This document shows, piece after piece, positions 34,250-43,901 of a stretch of DNA of 49,315 nt (within the stretch, counting starts at the first letter, position 1; each line of letters opens with the position of its first letter). The stretch is from contig JBLFWS010000004.1 in the NCBI GenBank assembly GCA_047611865.1, forward strand, positions 1 through 49,315. Direction: 5' to 3'. The position numbers and the translations under genes were made by a program. The notes beneath the pieces were generated by a model, which saw only the letters and a program-made list of their open reading frames with translations, was not told where the DNA came from and made no database searches. The DNA is from Chlamydiales bacterium. Its GTDB lineage: Bacteria; Chlamydiota; Chlamydiia; Chlamydiales; JBDQID01.

Positions 34250-35476
34250 TTAAGATCTTAGGGATTCGCTGTTAGGACTCGCTGAGAGTGCTTCTATCCC
34301 AGGTAGAGTGCCAAACTCGATATATTCCAGGGAAGCCCCTCCCCCAGTGGAAATATGGTTAATTTGCCCAGATAAACCCGAAGAATTCAGGGCTGCAATA
34401 GAATCTCCCCCTCCAACTATAGTGCTAGCTGATGATTTAGCCAGGAAGTTAGCGATTTCTAAGGTTCCTTTGGAGAATTTACTAATCTCAAAGACTCCAG
34501 CCGGTCCATTCCATAAGATGGTATTTGCATCACCGATGAATTCCTTTGCCATTTCAATGCTCCGGGGACCAATATCGAGCCCCATTTCATCTGGAGCTAT
34601 GCCTGTTGAATCGTCCACAAGTGAACAAACAGCATCATCGTCCAATCTATCTGCGGATAAAAAATCGCAAGGCAGCAGGAGTTGTACACCATTTTCTTCA
34701 CATGTTTTCAGGATTTCTTTGGCTTTATCCAGAAAACTATCTTCGCAGAGGGATTTTCCGATGGGCATGCCAAGAGCCTTAAGAAAGGTAAACGCCATTC
34801 CACCAAAGACAACAAGACCATCAACATTTTTGATTAATGAGTGAATAACGCCTAGTTTGCTGGAAACCTTAGCTCCACCAATGAGAGCATAAAAAGGTCT
34901 TTTGGGATTCAACAGGTTTTCACCTAAATAGGAAAGCTCTTTTTCAACGAGAAATCCAGCGGCGGATGAATCGGGAAAGCAGGAGGTTATTTTTACAGTG
35001 GAAGAATGTTCCCGGTGTGCAGTTCCAAAGGCATCGTTGACATACAGATTCCCAAGAGAGGCTAATTGTAATACAAAATCAGGGTCGATCCCCGGGTTTT
35101 CTTCGGCAGGGTAAAACCTCAGGTTTTCCAGTAAAATGATTTCACCAGGTTGGAGTTTGTCTGTGAGGCTTTTTACTTTTGGACCGATGACATCTGGAGC
35201 CATTATGACTTTTTTACCCAGTAGTTGGGATAGACGAATGGCACAAGGGGCTAATGAGAATTTGTCGTTTACTTTGCCCTTGGGTCTTCCTAGATGACTC
35301 ATTAGAATCACTGAACCGCCGTGGCTTAAGATGTATTTTATTGTAGGTAAAGAGGCCTGGATTCGAGTGTCATCGCTTATCTCACCGTTGTCATCCATAG
35401 GTACGTTAAAGTCAACGCGTACGAGAACTCTTTTATTGTTAATTGGCAGTTCGCGTATGGAGAGCTTACTTAACAT
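34250..35476 (-). CDS. pgk: Phosphoglycerate kinase
   Basis: RVDFNVP, SHLGRP, LLENLRF, NDAFGTAHR, GGGDS, STGGGASLE; start ATG 35476. Confidence 0.97.
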   Translation of the reverse strand: MLSKLSIRELPINNKRVLVRVDFNVPMDDNGEISDDTRIQASLPTIKYILSHGGSVILMSHLGRPKGKVNDKFSLAPCAIRLSQLLGKKVIMAPDVIGPKVKSLTDKLQPGEIILLENLRFYPAEENPGIDPDFVLQLASLGNLYVNDAFGTAHREHSSTVKITSCFPDSSAAGFLVEKELSYLGENLLNPKRPFYALIGGAKVSSKLGVIHSLIKNVDGLVVFGGMAFTFLKALGMPIGKSLCEDSFLDKAKEILKTCEENGVQLLLPCDFLSADRLDDDAVCSLVDDSTGIAPDEMGLDIGPRSIEMAKEFIGDANTILWNGPAGVFEISKFSKGTLEIANFLAKSSASTIVGGGDSIAALNSSGLSGQINHISTGGGASLEYIEFGTLPGIEALSASPNSESLRS

Positions 35477-35532
35477 AGGGAACCTCAGGATATGACATTG
35501 TTTTGAGAGTGTATTGAACTTCAATAGAGAAA

Positions 35533-35561
35533 ATGCTAGGTTCAGAATCGGTTAAAGTCAA
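35533..35561 (-). promoter_or_regulatory. Putative sigma66/sigma70 promoter of pgk
   Basis: TTGACT-N17-TAGCAT. Confidence 0.6.
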
Positions 35562-35672
35562 GTTGAATAATTAAAACCCGTTGAGGCTTTGATAACCTTT
35601 TACTTAAGTTGATAAGTGCTGAAGGCGCGACTGTTTTCTTACGGGTCTAAAACAAAGTAACTCTGAATCATC

Positions 35673-36293
35673 ATGAAAAAAGAATACTCATTGATCACCC
35701 TTAGAAAAAAAGATGTGAAGGAAAATCCCATAGAGCAGTTTAAGCAATGGATGGATGAGGCCGTCGAAGCTGAAATTCTTGAGGCTAATGCGATATCTCT
35801 TGCCACTTCTACTTCAGAGGGTAAGCCCTCAGTTCGGACTGTTCTAATAAAATCTGTCAATGATAGAGGGATTGTGTTTTTTACCAATTATGAAAGTCGA
35901 AAAGCTCAAGACATCAAGGAAAATCCTTTTGCAGCTATGAGCATTTGGTGGAAGGAAATGGAAAGACAGGTTTGTATAGAAGGTTCTATAGAGAAAATTT
36001 CGAGGGAAGAATCAGAAGAGTATTTTAACACTCGATCAAGGGGTAGTCGTATTGGGGCTTGGACATCTAAACAAAGTTCTGTATTGGGATCTCGTGAGGA
36101 ATTAGAAGGGAAGTATAGCTCTATTGAAAAAAAATATCCAGGAGAAGAGATTCCTGCACCGCCCTTTTGGGGGGGGTATTTGTTAAACCCCACTTCTATG
36201 GAATTTTGGCAAGGAAGGCCCAAGCGCCTTCATGATCGCATACTATATACTCGGAAAAATGGATCTTGGGAAATTTGCCGTCTATCTCCATAA
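35673..36293 (+). CDS. pdxH: Pyridoxine/pyridoxamine 5'-phosphate oxidase
   Basis: PSVRTVLIK, FFTNYESRK, EFWQGRPKRLHDR, RLSP C-terminus. Confidence 0.95.
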   Translation: MKKEYSLITLRKKDVKENPIEQFKQWMDEAVEAEILEANAISLATSTSEGKPSVRTVLIKSVNDRGIVFFTNYESRKAQDIKENPFAAMSIWWKEMERQVCIEGSIEKISREESEEYFNTRSRGSRIGAWTSKQSSVLGSREELEGKYSSIEKKYPGEEIPAPPFWGGYLLNPTSMEFWQGRPKRLHDRILYTRKNGSWEICRLSP

Positions 36294-36301
36294 GTCAAAG
36301 A

Positions 36302-36464
36302 TATAGTCGATTAAAATCTAATTGAGAATTTTAGGCTTAGAGATTTTTTTAGCTGACGAAGCCTGGAGATCGTAGCCAACTTAGGCAAGTTTGCAAGATC
36401 GAAGGTAAAGTCAGGTGAAAAAAGATCAAGCATAACGTTCTCAATTAGGTTCTAATCGGGTATA
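36302..36464. mobile_element. TA-flanked full-length foldback element (family D), 163 bp
   Basis: tatagtcgattaaaatctaattgagaa / ttctcaattaggttctaatcgggtata; pairing continues to an aactt-aggc-aagtt apex. Confidence 0.8.
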
Positions 36465-36465
36465 A

Positions 36466-36491
36466 AACCCGGATTGATGTCGTTCCGGGTT
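36466..36491 (-). terminator. Terminator after pdxT
   Basis: aacccgga/tccgggtt stem with a T run on the minus strand. Confidence 0.6.
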
Positions 36492-36501
36492 AATGAGATC
36501 A

Positions 36502-37107
36502 TTAAGCTGTTTTTTGAAGCTTCGTATTTTCAGAGAGTTCCGTAAAGTATTTATGGATCTCGAGATTCTCTGATAGCTCAGGATGAAAGCTTGCTCCGAT
36601 GTGCAAACCCTGCTGAATTAAAATGGGTTTTTCATGAAAAGTAGCAAGAATCTCTATTTCTTCTCCCCAGGACTCAATGCGTGGTGCTCGAATGAAAATA
36701 GCTTTTAGCGGTGTAGGAATTCCAAAGGGAAGCTGAACGCTTATATTAGAGCTAAAGGAATCAATTTGTCTTCCATAGGCGTTTCTTGAAATGGCAATGT
36801 CAAAGATCCCTAAAGGAGAATAGGGAGTGCTTTCAGTGATCTCTTTTGCCATGAGGATGAGACCCGCACAGGTGCCGAAAAGAGGTTTGGTTTTTGAAAA
36901 GTCCTTGATGGCTTCCCAAAGGCCAATATAAGTCATTTGCTTGGCCATAGTTGAGGATTCTCCCCCAGGGATGATCAGACCATCACAGTTGCGAAGTTCA
37001 TGAGGCGTGCGCACAGCTATGGAGGATACTCCAAGGGAGCTAAGGGCAGACAAATGTTTGCCAAAGGCTCCCTGGAGTGCCAAGACGCCAATCGTCAGGC
37101 TAGACAT
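36502..37107 (-). CDS. pdxT: PLP synthase glutaminase subunit
   Basis: GVLALQGAF, IPGGESS, GTCAGLI, RNAYGRQ, FHPEL. Confidence 0.96.
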   Translation of the reverse strand: MSSLTIGVLALQGAFGKHLSALSSLGVSSIAVRTPHELRNCDGLIIPGGESSTMAKQMTYIGLWEAIKDFSKTKPLFGTCAGLILMAKEITESTPYSPLGIFDIAISRNAYGRQIDSFSSNISVQLPFGIPTPLKAIFIRAPRIESWGEEIEILATFHEKPILIQQGLHIGASFHPELSENLEIHKYFTELSENTKLQKTA

Positions 37108-37110
37108 GAT

Positions 37111-37992
37111 CTACCAGCCTCTGTGGGCAAGAAGTTCTTCTTTGGCTAGCTTTTCTATTGGGATACCAGCCATCGGTTCTAAAAGTCCCATTGAGACTTT
37201 GGCGAGCATAGCGGGGTCTTGGTAGTATGTGACGGCTTGTACTATTGCACGAGCGCGATTTGCAGGATCTTCGGATTTGAAAATTCCAGAACCTACAAAC
37301 ACAGTTTCAGCTCCAAGCTGCATCATTAATGCGGCATCTGCTGGGGTGGCAACACCTCCTGCTGCAAAGTTGGGAACAGGTAGCTTTCCTGTTTCTGCAA
37401 CTTGCTGTACCAGGTCAAACGGGGCACCCAAATTTTTAGCTTCTGTCATTAACTCGGCTTTATCCATGGAATGGAGACGGCGAATTCCTTGGTTTACGGA
37501 TCGCATATGTCGAACGGCTTCTACAATATTACCTGTTCCGGGTTCGCCTTTTGTGCGAATCATTGCAGCACCTTCACCAATACGGCGCAGGGCTTCTCCT
37601 AGATTACGGCAACCACAAACGAACGGAATGGAGAAGTCATGCTTGTTAATGTGAAACTCTTCATCTGCAGGTGTCAAAACTTCACTTTCGTCTATAAAGT
37701 CTACTTTCATAGATTCAAGAATTTGCGCTTCTACAAAGTGGCCTATTCGTACTTTAGCCATAACAGGGATTGATACAGCTTGCTGGATTTTCTGGATCAT
37801 ATTCGTGTTAGAGGCTCTAGCGACACCTCCATCAGCTCTGATATCGGAAGGGATTCTTTCGAGGGCCATGACGGCTACTGCGCCAGCTTCCTCAGCGATT
37901 ATTGCTTGTTCTACTGTGGTGACATCCATGATAACACCACCCTTTAGCATTTCTGCCAAGCCTACCTTAATTTCAAAGGAGCCTTTTTCCAT
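37111..37992 (-). CDS. pdxS: PLP synthase lyase subunit
   Basis: [42 protein letters not shown]. Confidence 0.97.
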   Translation of the reverse strand: MEKGSFEIKVGLAEMLKGGVIMDVTTVEQAIIAEEAGAVAVMALERIPSDIRADGGVARASNTNMIQKIQQAVSIPVMAKVRIGHFVEAQILESMKVDFIDESEVLTPADEEFHINKHDFSIPFVCGCRNLGEALRRIGEGAAMIRTKGEPGTGNIVEAVRHMRSVNQGIRRLHSMDKAELMTEAKNLGAPFDLVQQVAETGKLPVPNFAAGGVATPADAALMMQLGAETVFVGSGIFKSEDPANRARAIVQAVTYYQDPAMLAKVSMGLLEPMAGIPIEKLAKEELLAHRGW

Positions 37993-38021
37993 CTCTTTTC
38001 TCTCCTGAATAGATTCTATTT

Positions 38022-38771
38022 TTATAGTGACATAAATGGGTTTGACGCTTGAGAGAACATACCGCCTTTTTTCCTTCTCTTCAATTCCATTTTGAGACTA
38101 AAGATTAAGTCTTGGTCAAAATCCTTGTTCACGGCCCACTGTAGGTACTCGAGAGGGATTTCTTTAAAAGGCCTGCCCTTATGCTTACCCAGGGGCATCG
38201 CTTTTAGCTGAACCGGTTTTGAAAGTATGTTAAATAACTGCTTGCTGGTTTTAAAGGAACTACAAAGGTTCTTGAAGACCTCAATATTTACCACGACGTC
38301 GCTCATGGCACGGTGTGCGCCTTCTTCAGGTATGTTGAAATGCTGTCGTAAAGATTGAAGAGCGTTTGTTGGAGATCCTCCGTAGTGTCGAGCCAATCGT
38401 AGGGTGTCAATTTGCTGTTGAATGGATACTCTGCAGGGAATGTTTGCTCGTTTTGCTGCTCTACTGACCATTTCTATGTCAAAGCCTATTCCATGTCCCA
38501 TGATGGTGTGGCTACCAAGGAATTTTAAAAATTCGGGAAGGATATCACTAATTAGTGGCTTGCCTTTGACCATGTCTTCGGTGATGTGGTGGATGGCAAG
38601 AGATGCTTCAGAAATCGGGTGCTGAGGGTCGATGAGAGACTCGTACTTATCAAGTGTTTCAGAGAATGTAAATTTAGCAGCTGCGATTTCGATTATTCTA
38701 TCATTTTCTAGGTCAAGACCTGTTGTTTCACAATCGAAACAGACAAAGACTTCATTTTTTAATAGTCCCAT
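38022..38771 (-). CDS. dnaQ: DEDDh 3'-5' exonuclease (DnaQ/ExoX-like) with C-terminal MPLGKHKG domain
   Basis: DCETTG, GHGIGFD, HRAMSD motifs. Confidence 0.85.
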   Translation of the reverse strand: MGLLKNEVFVCFDCETTGLDLENDRIIEIAAAKFTFSETLDKYESLIDPQHPISEASLAIHHITEDMVKGKPLISDILPEFLKFLGSHTIMGHGIGFDIEMVSRAAKRANIPCRVSIQQQIDTLRLARHYGGSPTNALQSLRQHFNIPEEGAHRAMSDVVVNIEVFKNLCSSFKTSKQLFNILSKPVQLKAMPLGKHKGRPFKEIPLEYLQWAVNKDFDQDLIFSLKMELKRRKKGGMFSQASNPFMSL

Positions 38772-38789
38772 TAAACGGCCTCTATGGGG

Positions 38790-39428
38790 TTATGCTGATT
38801 CATCACTATTAGGCTCTTCATTTAGAAATTTAGTTATCAGTGATATGAGCTGGTTACGACCAATATTTTTGGTCACGGAGTAATGGATGCGTGGAAAGGA
38901 AAACTTACTGTCCAAGGAGTTCAGGATTTTTTGAGTGTTACGGGTTTTCTCGTTGAGTTTTACCTTATCCACCTTTGTCAGTACTAGAATGAGTGGAACT
39001 TTGTGGAAATGAGCCCATTCAAGAAAAATAAAGTCGTCGTTATTTGGGGTCCGCCGGATATCTAAGAGAAAAAGTAGGAGGCGTAGTGGTTCTCTATCTT
39101 CCAGGTAGCCTTGAATCATTGGGCCCCATTGCTTTTTAACAATCGTAGGGACTTTAGCAAAGCCGTATCCAGGAAGGTCGACACACTGAATCAGATCATC
39201 AATATTAAAGAAGTTTAAGGCCTGTGTTTTTCCTGGTGTGGAGGACGTTTTAACTAAGCCCTTGCTGTTAAACAGGTGATTAAGGAGGGATGATTTGCCA
39301 ACATTAGAACGTCCCGCAACAGCAAATTCTGGAATTGGTCGGCCAAATTCGTTCACAGCTTTTGGGTAATCTTTTGGCCAAATGGCTGTTTTCACAAATC
39401 GGGTTCTGCTAAAGGGGTATTTGCTCAT
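38790..39428 (-). CDS. engB: Ribosome-biogenesis GTPase YihA/YsxC
   Basis: GRSNVGKSS, TPGKT, DLPGYG, TKVDK; ATGA overlap with tsaE. Confidence 0.95.
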   Translation of the reverse strand: MSKYPFSRTRFVKTAIWPKDYPKAVNEFGRPIPEFAVAGRSNVGKSSLLNHLFNSKGLVKTSSTPGKTQALNFFNIDDLIQCVDLPGYGFAKVPTIVKKQWGPMIQGYLEDREPLRLLLFLLDIRRTPNNDDFIFLEWAHFHKVPLILVLTKVDKVKLNEKTRNTQKILNSLDSKFSFPRIHYSVTKNIGRNQLISLITKFLNEEPNSDESA

Positions 39429-39886
39429 GACTCCTCCCAAGGAGATATAACGATATGGCGTTTATCGATATCTTGATGCTCAATCTTTATTGTAATTGCA
39501 TTGGATGGAATCAGTCCCGGAATGCGCTCAGCCCATTCTACGCAAGAGATCCCTTCAGAGAAGAAGTATTCATCGAAGCCCATTCCAAGGAATTCATCTT
39601 CATTACTTAAGCGGTATAAATCAAAATGATAAACCGTTTTCAAACCGTTGTAGATATTAAGATAAACAAAAGTCGGACTATTTACCTCGTCTACATGGCA
39701 ACCGGAGGCACCTGTGGCCACGCCCTTAATGAAGGTGGTCTTTCCAGCTGCAAGATCTCCGTAAAATACTAGCACGCTTCCCTTCGGAAGCGAGCTGCCC
39801 AATTTGTGACCGAGCTTAAAAGTTTCCTCGGGAGAATTTGTAAGGATTTCCAAGGTTTTATGTGCTGTAGTGCTCGGATTGATCAT
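39425..39886 (-). CDS. tsaE: t6A biosynthesis ATPase TsaE
   Basis: GDLAAGKTT, VNSPTF, HFDLYRL, VEWAE. Confidence 0.95.
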   Translation of the reverse strand: MINPSTTAHKTLEILTNSPEETFKLGHKLGSSLPKGSVLVFYGDLAAGKTTFIKGVATGASGCHVDEVNSPTFVYLNIYNGLKTVYHFDLYRLSNEDEFLGMGFDEYFFSEGISCVEWAERIPGLIPSNAITIKIEHQDIDKRHIVISPWEES

Positions 39887-39918
39887 GGGTTCTTTTCGGG
39901 GGAAATGGGACAATTAGC

Positions 39919-40647
39919 CTATTCTTCCGCCTCATCTTCAACCCAACGCCCCACACTAGGTAGGAACTCTTTATGTTCTGCGAGAGCTTCTACAAATGCG
40001 GTGATCTTGCTTTCGTCCAATTGTGTCTGAAGGAAGTCAAGAAATTTAGTTTCAATCTCAAAGCGGTTTTGGCTTTGGATTTCAGCGAGGGTCATTTTCT
40101 TCACATGGTTGTTCCTAAAGTCTTCAAGAACGGAGGCTTTTGTTTGGAAAAGCTTTCCGGTGATAGCTGAAGAATAAACAACTTTTGTGATGCTTTTCTT
40201 AGGCTTAATGTAGTTCTTGATAATCTCTGGATCTTCTGAGACAAAGAAACGCTTTATACGGAGGCCATCAGATCGTTCAGTATTTTCGGGGCATTTGGAT
40301 ACCCAGTCATAAATTGCATCCTGAGGGTTGGGGTGGGTGTTATCACCGTAAACCTTACCTGTGAATGGGCAGATGTAAATCTTTTTTGTGAGATCGTTAA
40401 CAGCTTGGGTGCCAACAGAAATTTTGACCTGTGTTTCTCTCCACAGTTCATTCTCTTTTTCCAAGTGTAGTACGGCACTATCAACGCTTTGGAAGATCAT
40501 TTTTCCACGTGGAAATGCTACGGGAGCAAGATCAAATCTTCTCTCTACGAAATATAGGTAAGCGTTTACCAGTTCCGACCTGGGATTGTCTTCCAGAAAG
40601 TCTGTCAAATCACATTTGATGTCTTCAGAAATGACAATTTTTGTCAT
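39919..40647 (-). CDS. Chlamydiae-conserved protein (DUF2709 / CT538-like)
   Basis: IYICPFTGKVYGDNTHPNPQDAIYDWVSKCPENTER; dnaQ-tsaE context as recalled for Chlamydia. Confidence 0.8.
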   Translation of the reverse strand: MTKIVISEDIKCDLTDFLEDNPRSELVNAYLYFVERRFDLAPVAFPRGKMIFQSVDSAVLHLEKENELWRETQVKISVGTQAVNDLTKKIYICPFTGKVYGDNTHPNPQDAIYDWVSKCPENTERSDGLRIKRFFVSEDPEIIKNYIKPKKSITKVVYSSAITGKLFQTKASVLEDFRNNHVKKMTLAEIQSQNRFEIETKFLDFLQTQLDESKITAFVEALAEHKEFLPSVGRWVEDEAEE

Positions 40648-40881
40648 TAGTAACCTCGAAGTAACCAGTTGTTCTAATAATTTCAATCTATAATATATAA
40701 GTCTTATAAGATTACAAGTGACATGATTAGATATCAAGGTAAATCGGGCTAGGCGAGGGTATTTCAGGCACTTATGTAAAACCTCTTTTTTAAAACTGAG
40801 TTTATGTTTTTAGCTATAAACTTGAGTTTTTTCGTCTTGATTGTTAGTCTTTTACACTAAAACCCGCTATTCGGTGAAATT

Positions 40882-42636
40882 ATGCGAAATATTATAGACA
40901 TCTTACATGATAAATTTACAGATGCGATTGGATCGGCTTTTCCCGAGTTAGAAGGGCTAGAGGTGGAAGTGACACCCAGTACTCAGGACAAATTCGGTCA
41001 TTATCAGTGTAACAGCGCGATGAAACTTTCCAAAGCGTTAAAAAATAATCCCAGGGCTATTGCACAGCAGATTATTCAAAAAATGGAGACTAGTGAAATT
41101 TCGTCAGATAACCTTATTAGCTCTTTGGAGATAGCAGGGCCTGGTTTTATCAATATTTCTATCGATCCCGACTACCTTTCCAATAGTATTCAGGAAATGT
41201 ATGAAGATCCTCACCTTGGAGTTCCGTTACCTGAAAAACCTCAAAGAATTGTTATCGATTTCTCCAGCCCAAATGTTGCAAAAGAAATGCATGTTGGCCA
41301 TCTGCGTTCGACTATAATTGGAGATTCTCTTGCTCGTTTGCAGGAATTTCTTGGCCACGATGTACTGCGTTTGAATCACATAGGAGATTGGGGCACACAG
41401 TTTGGTATGCTCATAGCCTATATGAAGGAGGAAGTCCCAGAAGTCTTTTCGGGGGAGCAGGAGACAGATCTTATTTCCCTTATGCATTGGTATCGTTCTT
41501 CAAAAAAACGTTTTGATGAAGACGAGGCTTTTAAAGAAAAGTCGAAGTTGGAAGTAGTTGAGCTCCAAGGTGGAAATAAGGAATCAGGAAAAGCTTGGGA
41601 GATCATTTGTGATATTTCACGTAAAGCTTACCAGGAAATTTATGATATTTTGGGAGTGAAAATACAAGAAAGAGGAGAATCCTTTTACAATAGTTTACTC
41701 CCTGGAATCGTAGAAGATTTAGGTTCTAAGGGGATTATATCCGAATCAAATGGAGCAAAGTGTGTTTTTATTGATGGATATACAAACCGAGAAGGTGATC
41801 CTCTGCCATTAATTATCCAAAAGTCTGATGGGGGTTACAATTATGCAACTACAGACTTGGCGGCGATTCGCCATCGAGTTTTGGTTGAAAAAGCTGACCG
41901 ACTCATTTATGTCACTGATATGGGTCAACGAAACCACTTTGCGATGTTCTTTAAAGCTGCGGAGATGGCTAAATACGTAGATCTTTCTACAATTCAAGTA
42001 GATCATGTTCCCTTCGGCTTAGTCCTTGGTCCAGATGGTAAGAAATTCAAAACTCGTTCCGGTGACACAGAAAAGTTGGCAGACCTTCTTTTAGCCGCTG
42101 TGAACAAGGCAAGAGAAATCATGCGTGAGCGTGGTACTGTTGTTGATGACTCTGAGTTGGAGAAAATGGCGCGGGTTTTAGGTATCGGAGCGGTGAAGTA
42201 TGCAGACCTCTCTTGTCACAGAACTGGGGATTACGCTTTTAGTTACGAAAGAATGTTACGTTTCGATGGGAATACAGCAGCATTTTTGATGTATGCCTAT
42301 GTCCGGGTTTCCGGAATAAAGCGAAAAGTTAATGTTGATGTAGAAGATATTAAAGCTAGTACACGAATTCACCTTCAACATCCATCTGAAATTTCTTTGG
42401 GTATGCATTTGCGTCGCTTTGGTGAAACTTTGGAACTTGTCAGTAAGGAGTTGACTCCTCATCGCTTGACAGATTACCTTTACGAATTAGCCCAAAAGTT
42501 TAATGTTTTCTTCCGGGATTGCCGGGTGGAAGGAACTCCTGAACAAAACTCTCGCCTTCTTCTTTGTGAAACAGTGGCTTGCGTTATGAAGCAGGGCCTG
42601 GAAATCCTTGGCTTAGAGACTGTAGACCGGATGTAA
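40882..42636 (+). CDS. argS: Arginine--tRNA ligase
   Basis: FGHYQCN, DFSSPNVAKEMHVGH, KFKTRSG, VDRM C-terminus. Confidence 0.97.
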   Translation: MRNIIDILHDKFTDAIGSAFPELEGLEVEVTPSTQDKFGHYQCNSAMKLSKALKNNPRAIAQQIIQKMETSEISSDNLISSLEIAGPGFINISIDPDYLSNSIQEMYEDPHLGVPLPEKPQRIVIDFSSPNVAKEMHVGHLRSTIIGDSLARLQEFLGHDVLRLNHIGDWGTQFGMLIAYMKEEVPEVFSGEQETDLISLMHWYRSSKKRFDEDEAFKEKSKLEVVELQGGNKESGKAWEIICDISRKAYQEIYDILGVKIQERGESFYNSLLPGIVEDLGSKGIISESNGAKCVFIDGYTNREGDPLPLIIQKSDGGYNYATTDLAAIRHRVLVEKADRLIYVTDMGQRNHFAMFFKAAEMAKYVDLSTIQVDHVPFGLVLGPDGKKFKTRSGDTEKLADLLLAAVNKAREIMRERGTVVDDSELEKMARVLGIGAVKYADLSCHRTGDYAFSYERMLRFDGNTAAFLMYAYVRVSGIKRKVNVDVEDIKASTRIHLQHPSEISLGMHLRRFGETLELVSKELTPHRLTDYLYELAQKFNVFFRDCRVEGTPEQNSRLLLCETVACVMKQGLEILGLETVDRM

Positions 42637-42658
42637 CTTTGGTTACGTTTAATTCTTT

Positions 42659-42684
42659 CTCCTCCTTTCGTTAGAGAGGAGGAG
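42659..42684. terminator. Hairpin after argS (no clear U tract)
   Basis: ctcctcctttc-gtta-gagaggaggag. Confidence 0.45.
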
Positions 42685-42761
42685 CATCAAAGTTTCTATC
42701 TTCTTGTCAAAAAAGTTCTCCTACATAATTATGCTGGTTAGCTACTTATGGAGGAAGAGAT

Positions 42762-43544
42762 ATGTTAAACTTTAAAAAGCTATTGATAGCATGCTTATGC
42801 ACAGTATTTTCTTTTGCTACCCATGGCTTGTGCGCTGAAAAAGTTGGTTTTGATCGCGAATTAGCCCAAGTTGAAAGTGATGATGGAGATTATGAAGATG
42901 ATGAAGAAGAGGGTGAAGAAGAATATAAGTTTAAGGGCTTCAATCGAGAAGATTTTTATGCAGGTTTTTTAGGCGGTTACAATCATTTAACGAACTCAAC
43001 CACAAATTACAAGACCACTACGACACCACCAACAGCCATCGATGCTGATGAACAATTTGATGATACGGGCTTTGCAGGCGCTATATTTTTGGGTTATCAT
43101 CTGGAAAAAGATTGGCGATTGGAGCTAGAGTTAGGCTACAGAAAAAATACCCTTGACAAAGTTTTGATAGAAAATACTGGAGAGCAGAACGGTGAAAATG
43201 GTGAGCTCAACAGTCAGTATGCTGTGGTTAGCGTTTACTATGACTATACATTGGATGATATAGACATAACTCCTTACTTTGGCGCTGGAATAGGGGTTTC
43301 AAGAGTATCTTATAAAAATGAGAATATGTACTCGACCCTTATAGAAGTAGATGATAAGCGGATGGTTTACACCTACCAATATGTCTTAGGTGCTTCCTAT
43401 CCGATTACTGAAAAAACGACATTCTTTGTTGATTATCGCTATTTCGCAACAAGAGATCCTAAGTTTTCTGATGTCGCTGGGACTAAGGTGGAGTTTGAAA
43501 ATATTAACCATGTAGGTAACCTTGGGTTTCGTTTTAACTTCTAA
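42762..43544 (+). CDS. Outer-membrane beta-barrel protein (8-stranded OmpA-TM/opacity-like)
   Basis: Signal peptide, WRLELELGYR, TPYFGAGIG, FVDYRYF, terminal LGFRFNF beta-signal. Confidence 0.85.
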   Translation: MLNFKKLLIACLCTVFSFATHGLCAEKVGFDRELAQVESDDGDYEDDEEEGEEEYKFKGFNREDFYAGFLGGYNHLTNSTTNYKTTTTPPTAIDADEQFDDTGFAGAIFLGYHLEKDWRLELELGYRKNTLDKVLIENTGEQNGENGELNSQYAVVSVYYDYTLDDIDITPYFGAGIGVSRVSYKNENMYSTLIEVDDKRMVYTYQYVLGASYPITEKTTFFVDYRYFATRDPKFSDVAGTKVEFENINHVGNLGFRFNF

Positions 43545-43583
43545 ATGAAACTTTCGAACAGAACAACTACCTAGTAGTTGCTG

Positions 43584-43637
43584 TCAGGATGCAGGAAGCT
43601 GCGCCACCATAATAAGTAGCGCACTTCCAGCATCTGA
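43584..43637. other. GC-rich hairpin downstream of the OMP gene
   Basis: gatgcaggaagctgcgc … gcgcacttccagcatc. Confidence 0.55.
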
Positions 43638-43699
43638 GCTCCATTTTATCTTATTTCTAAACTCTTTTTGTGATATACAGGCTGCTGCTAATTCACGAC

Positions 43700-43868
43700 T
43701 TAGGTCGTGTATTAAAATTAGGGAATGTCTGATTTTGAGAGCATTTTGTTTTGATTTGGGATTGGTCATAACTCTCCATACTTAGACAAGTAGGTGAGTT
43801 ATGACCAATCCCAAAGCAGAGCGAAAGGCTCCAAAAGCAGCGTTTCGTAATTTAAATACACGACTTAG
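43700..43868. mobile_element. MITE family A, copy A6 (most complete)
   Basis: ttag-gtcgtgtattaaaatta … taatttaaatacacgac-ttag; internal stem tttgggattggtcataactc/gagttatgaccaatcccaaa with apex tactt-agac-aagta. Confidence 0.95.
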
Positions 43869-43901
43869 ACTGCAATGTATAAGTATACAAAGGAGTAACT
43901 T

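Noticed and set aside
34308..37654. Antisense ORFs 34308-34844 and 37229-37654 (and similar short ORFs over pit, opp, gltX and argS)
   Set aside because: Shadow frames of well-supported genes on the other strand
12811..43769. Short ORFs 12811-13062, 21150-21476, 31821-32015 and 43584-43769
   Set aside because: They begin or end inside MITE sequence or overlap real genes, and none shows transposase motifs
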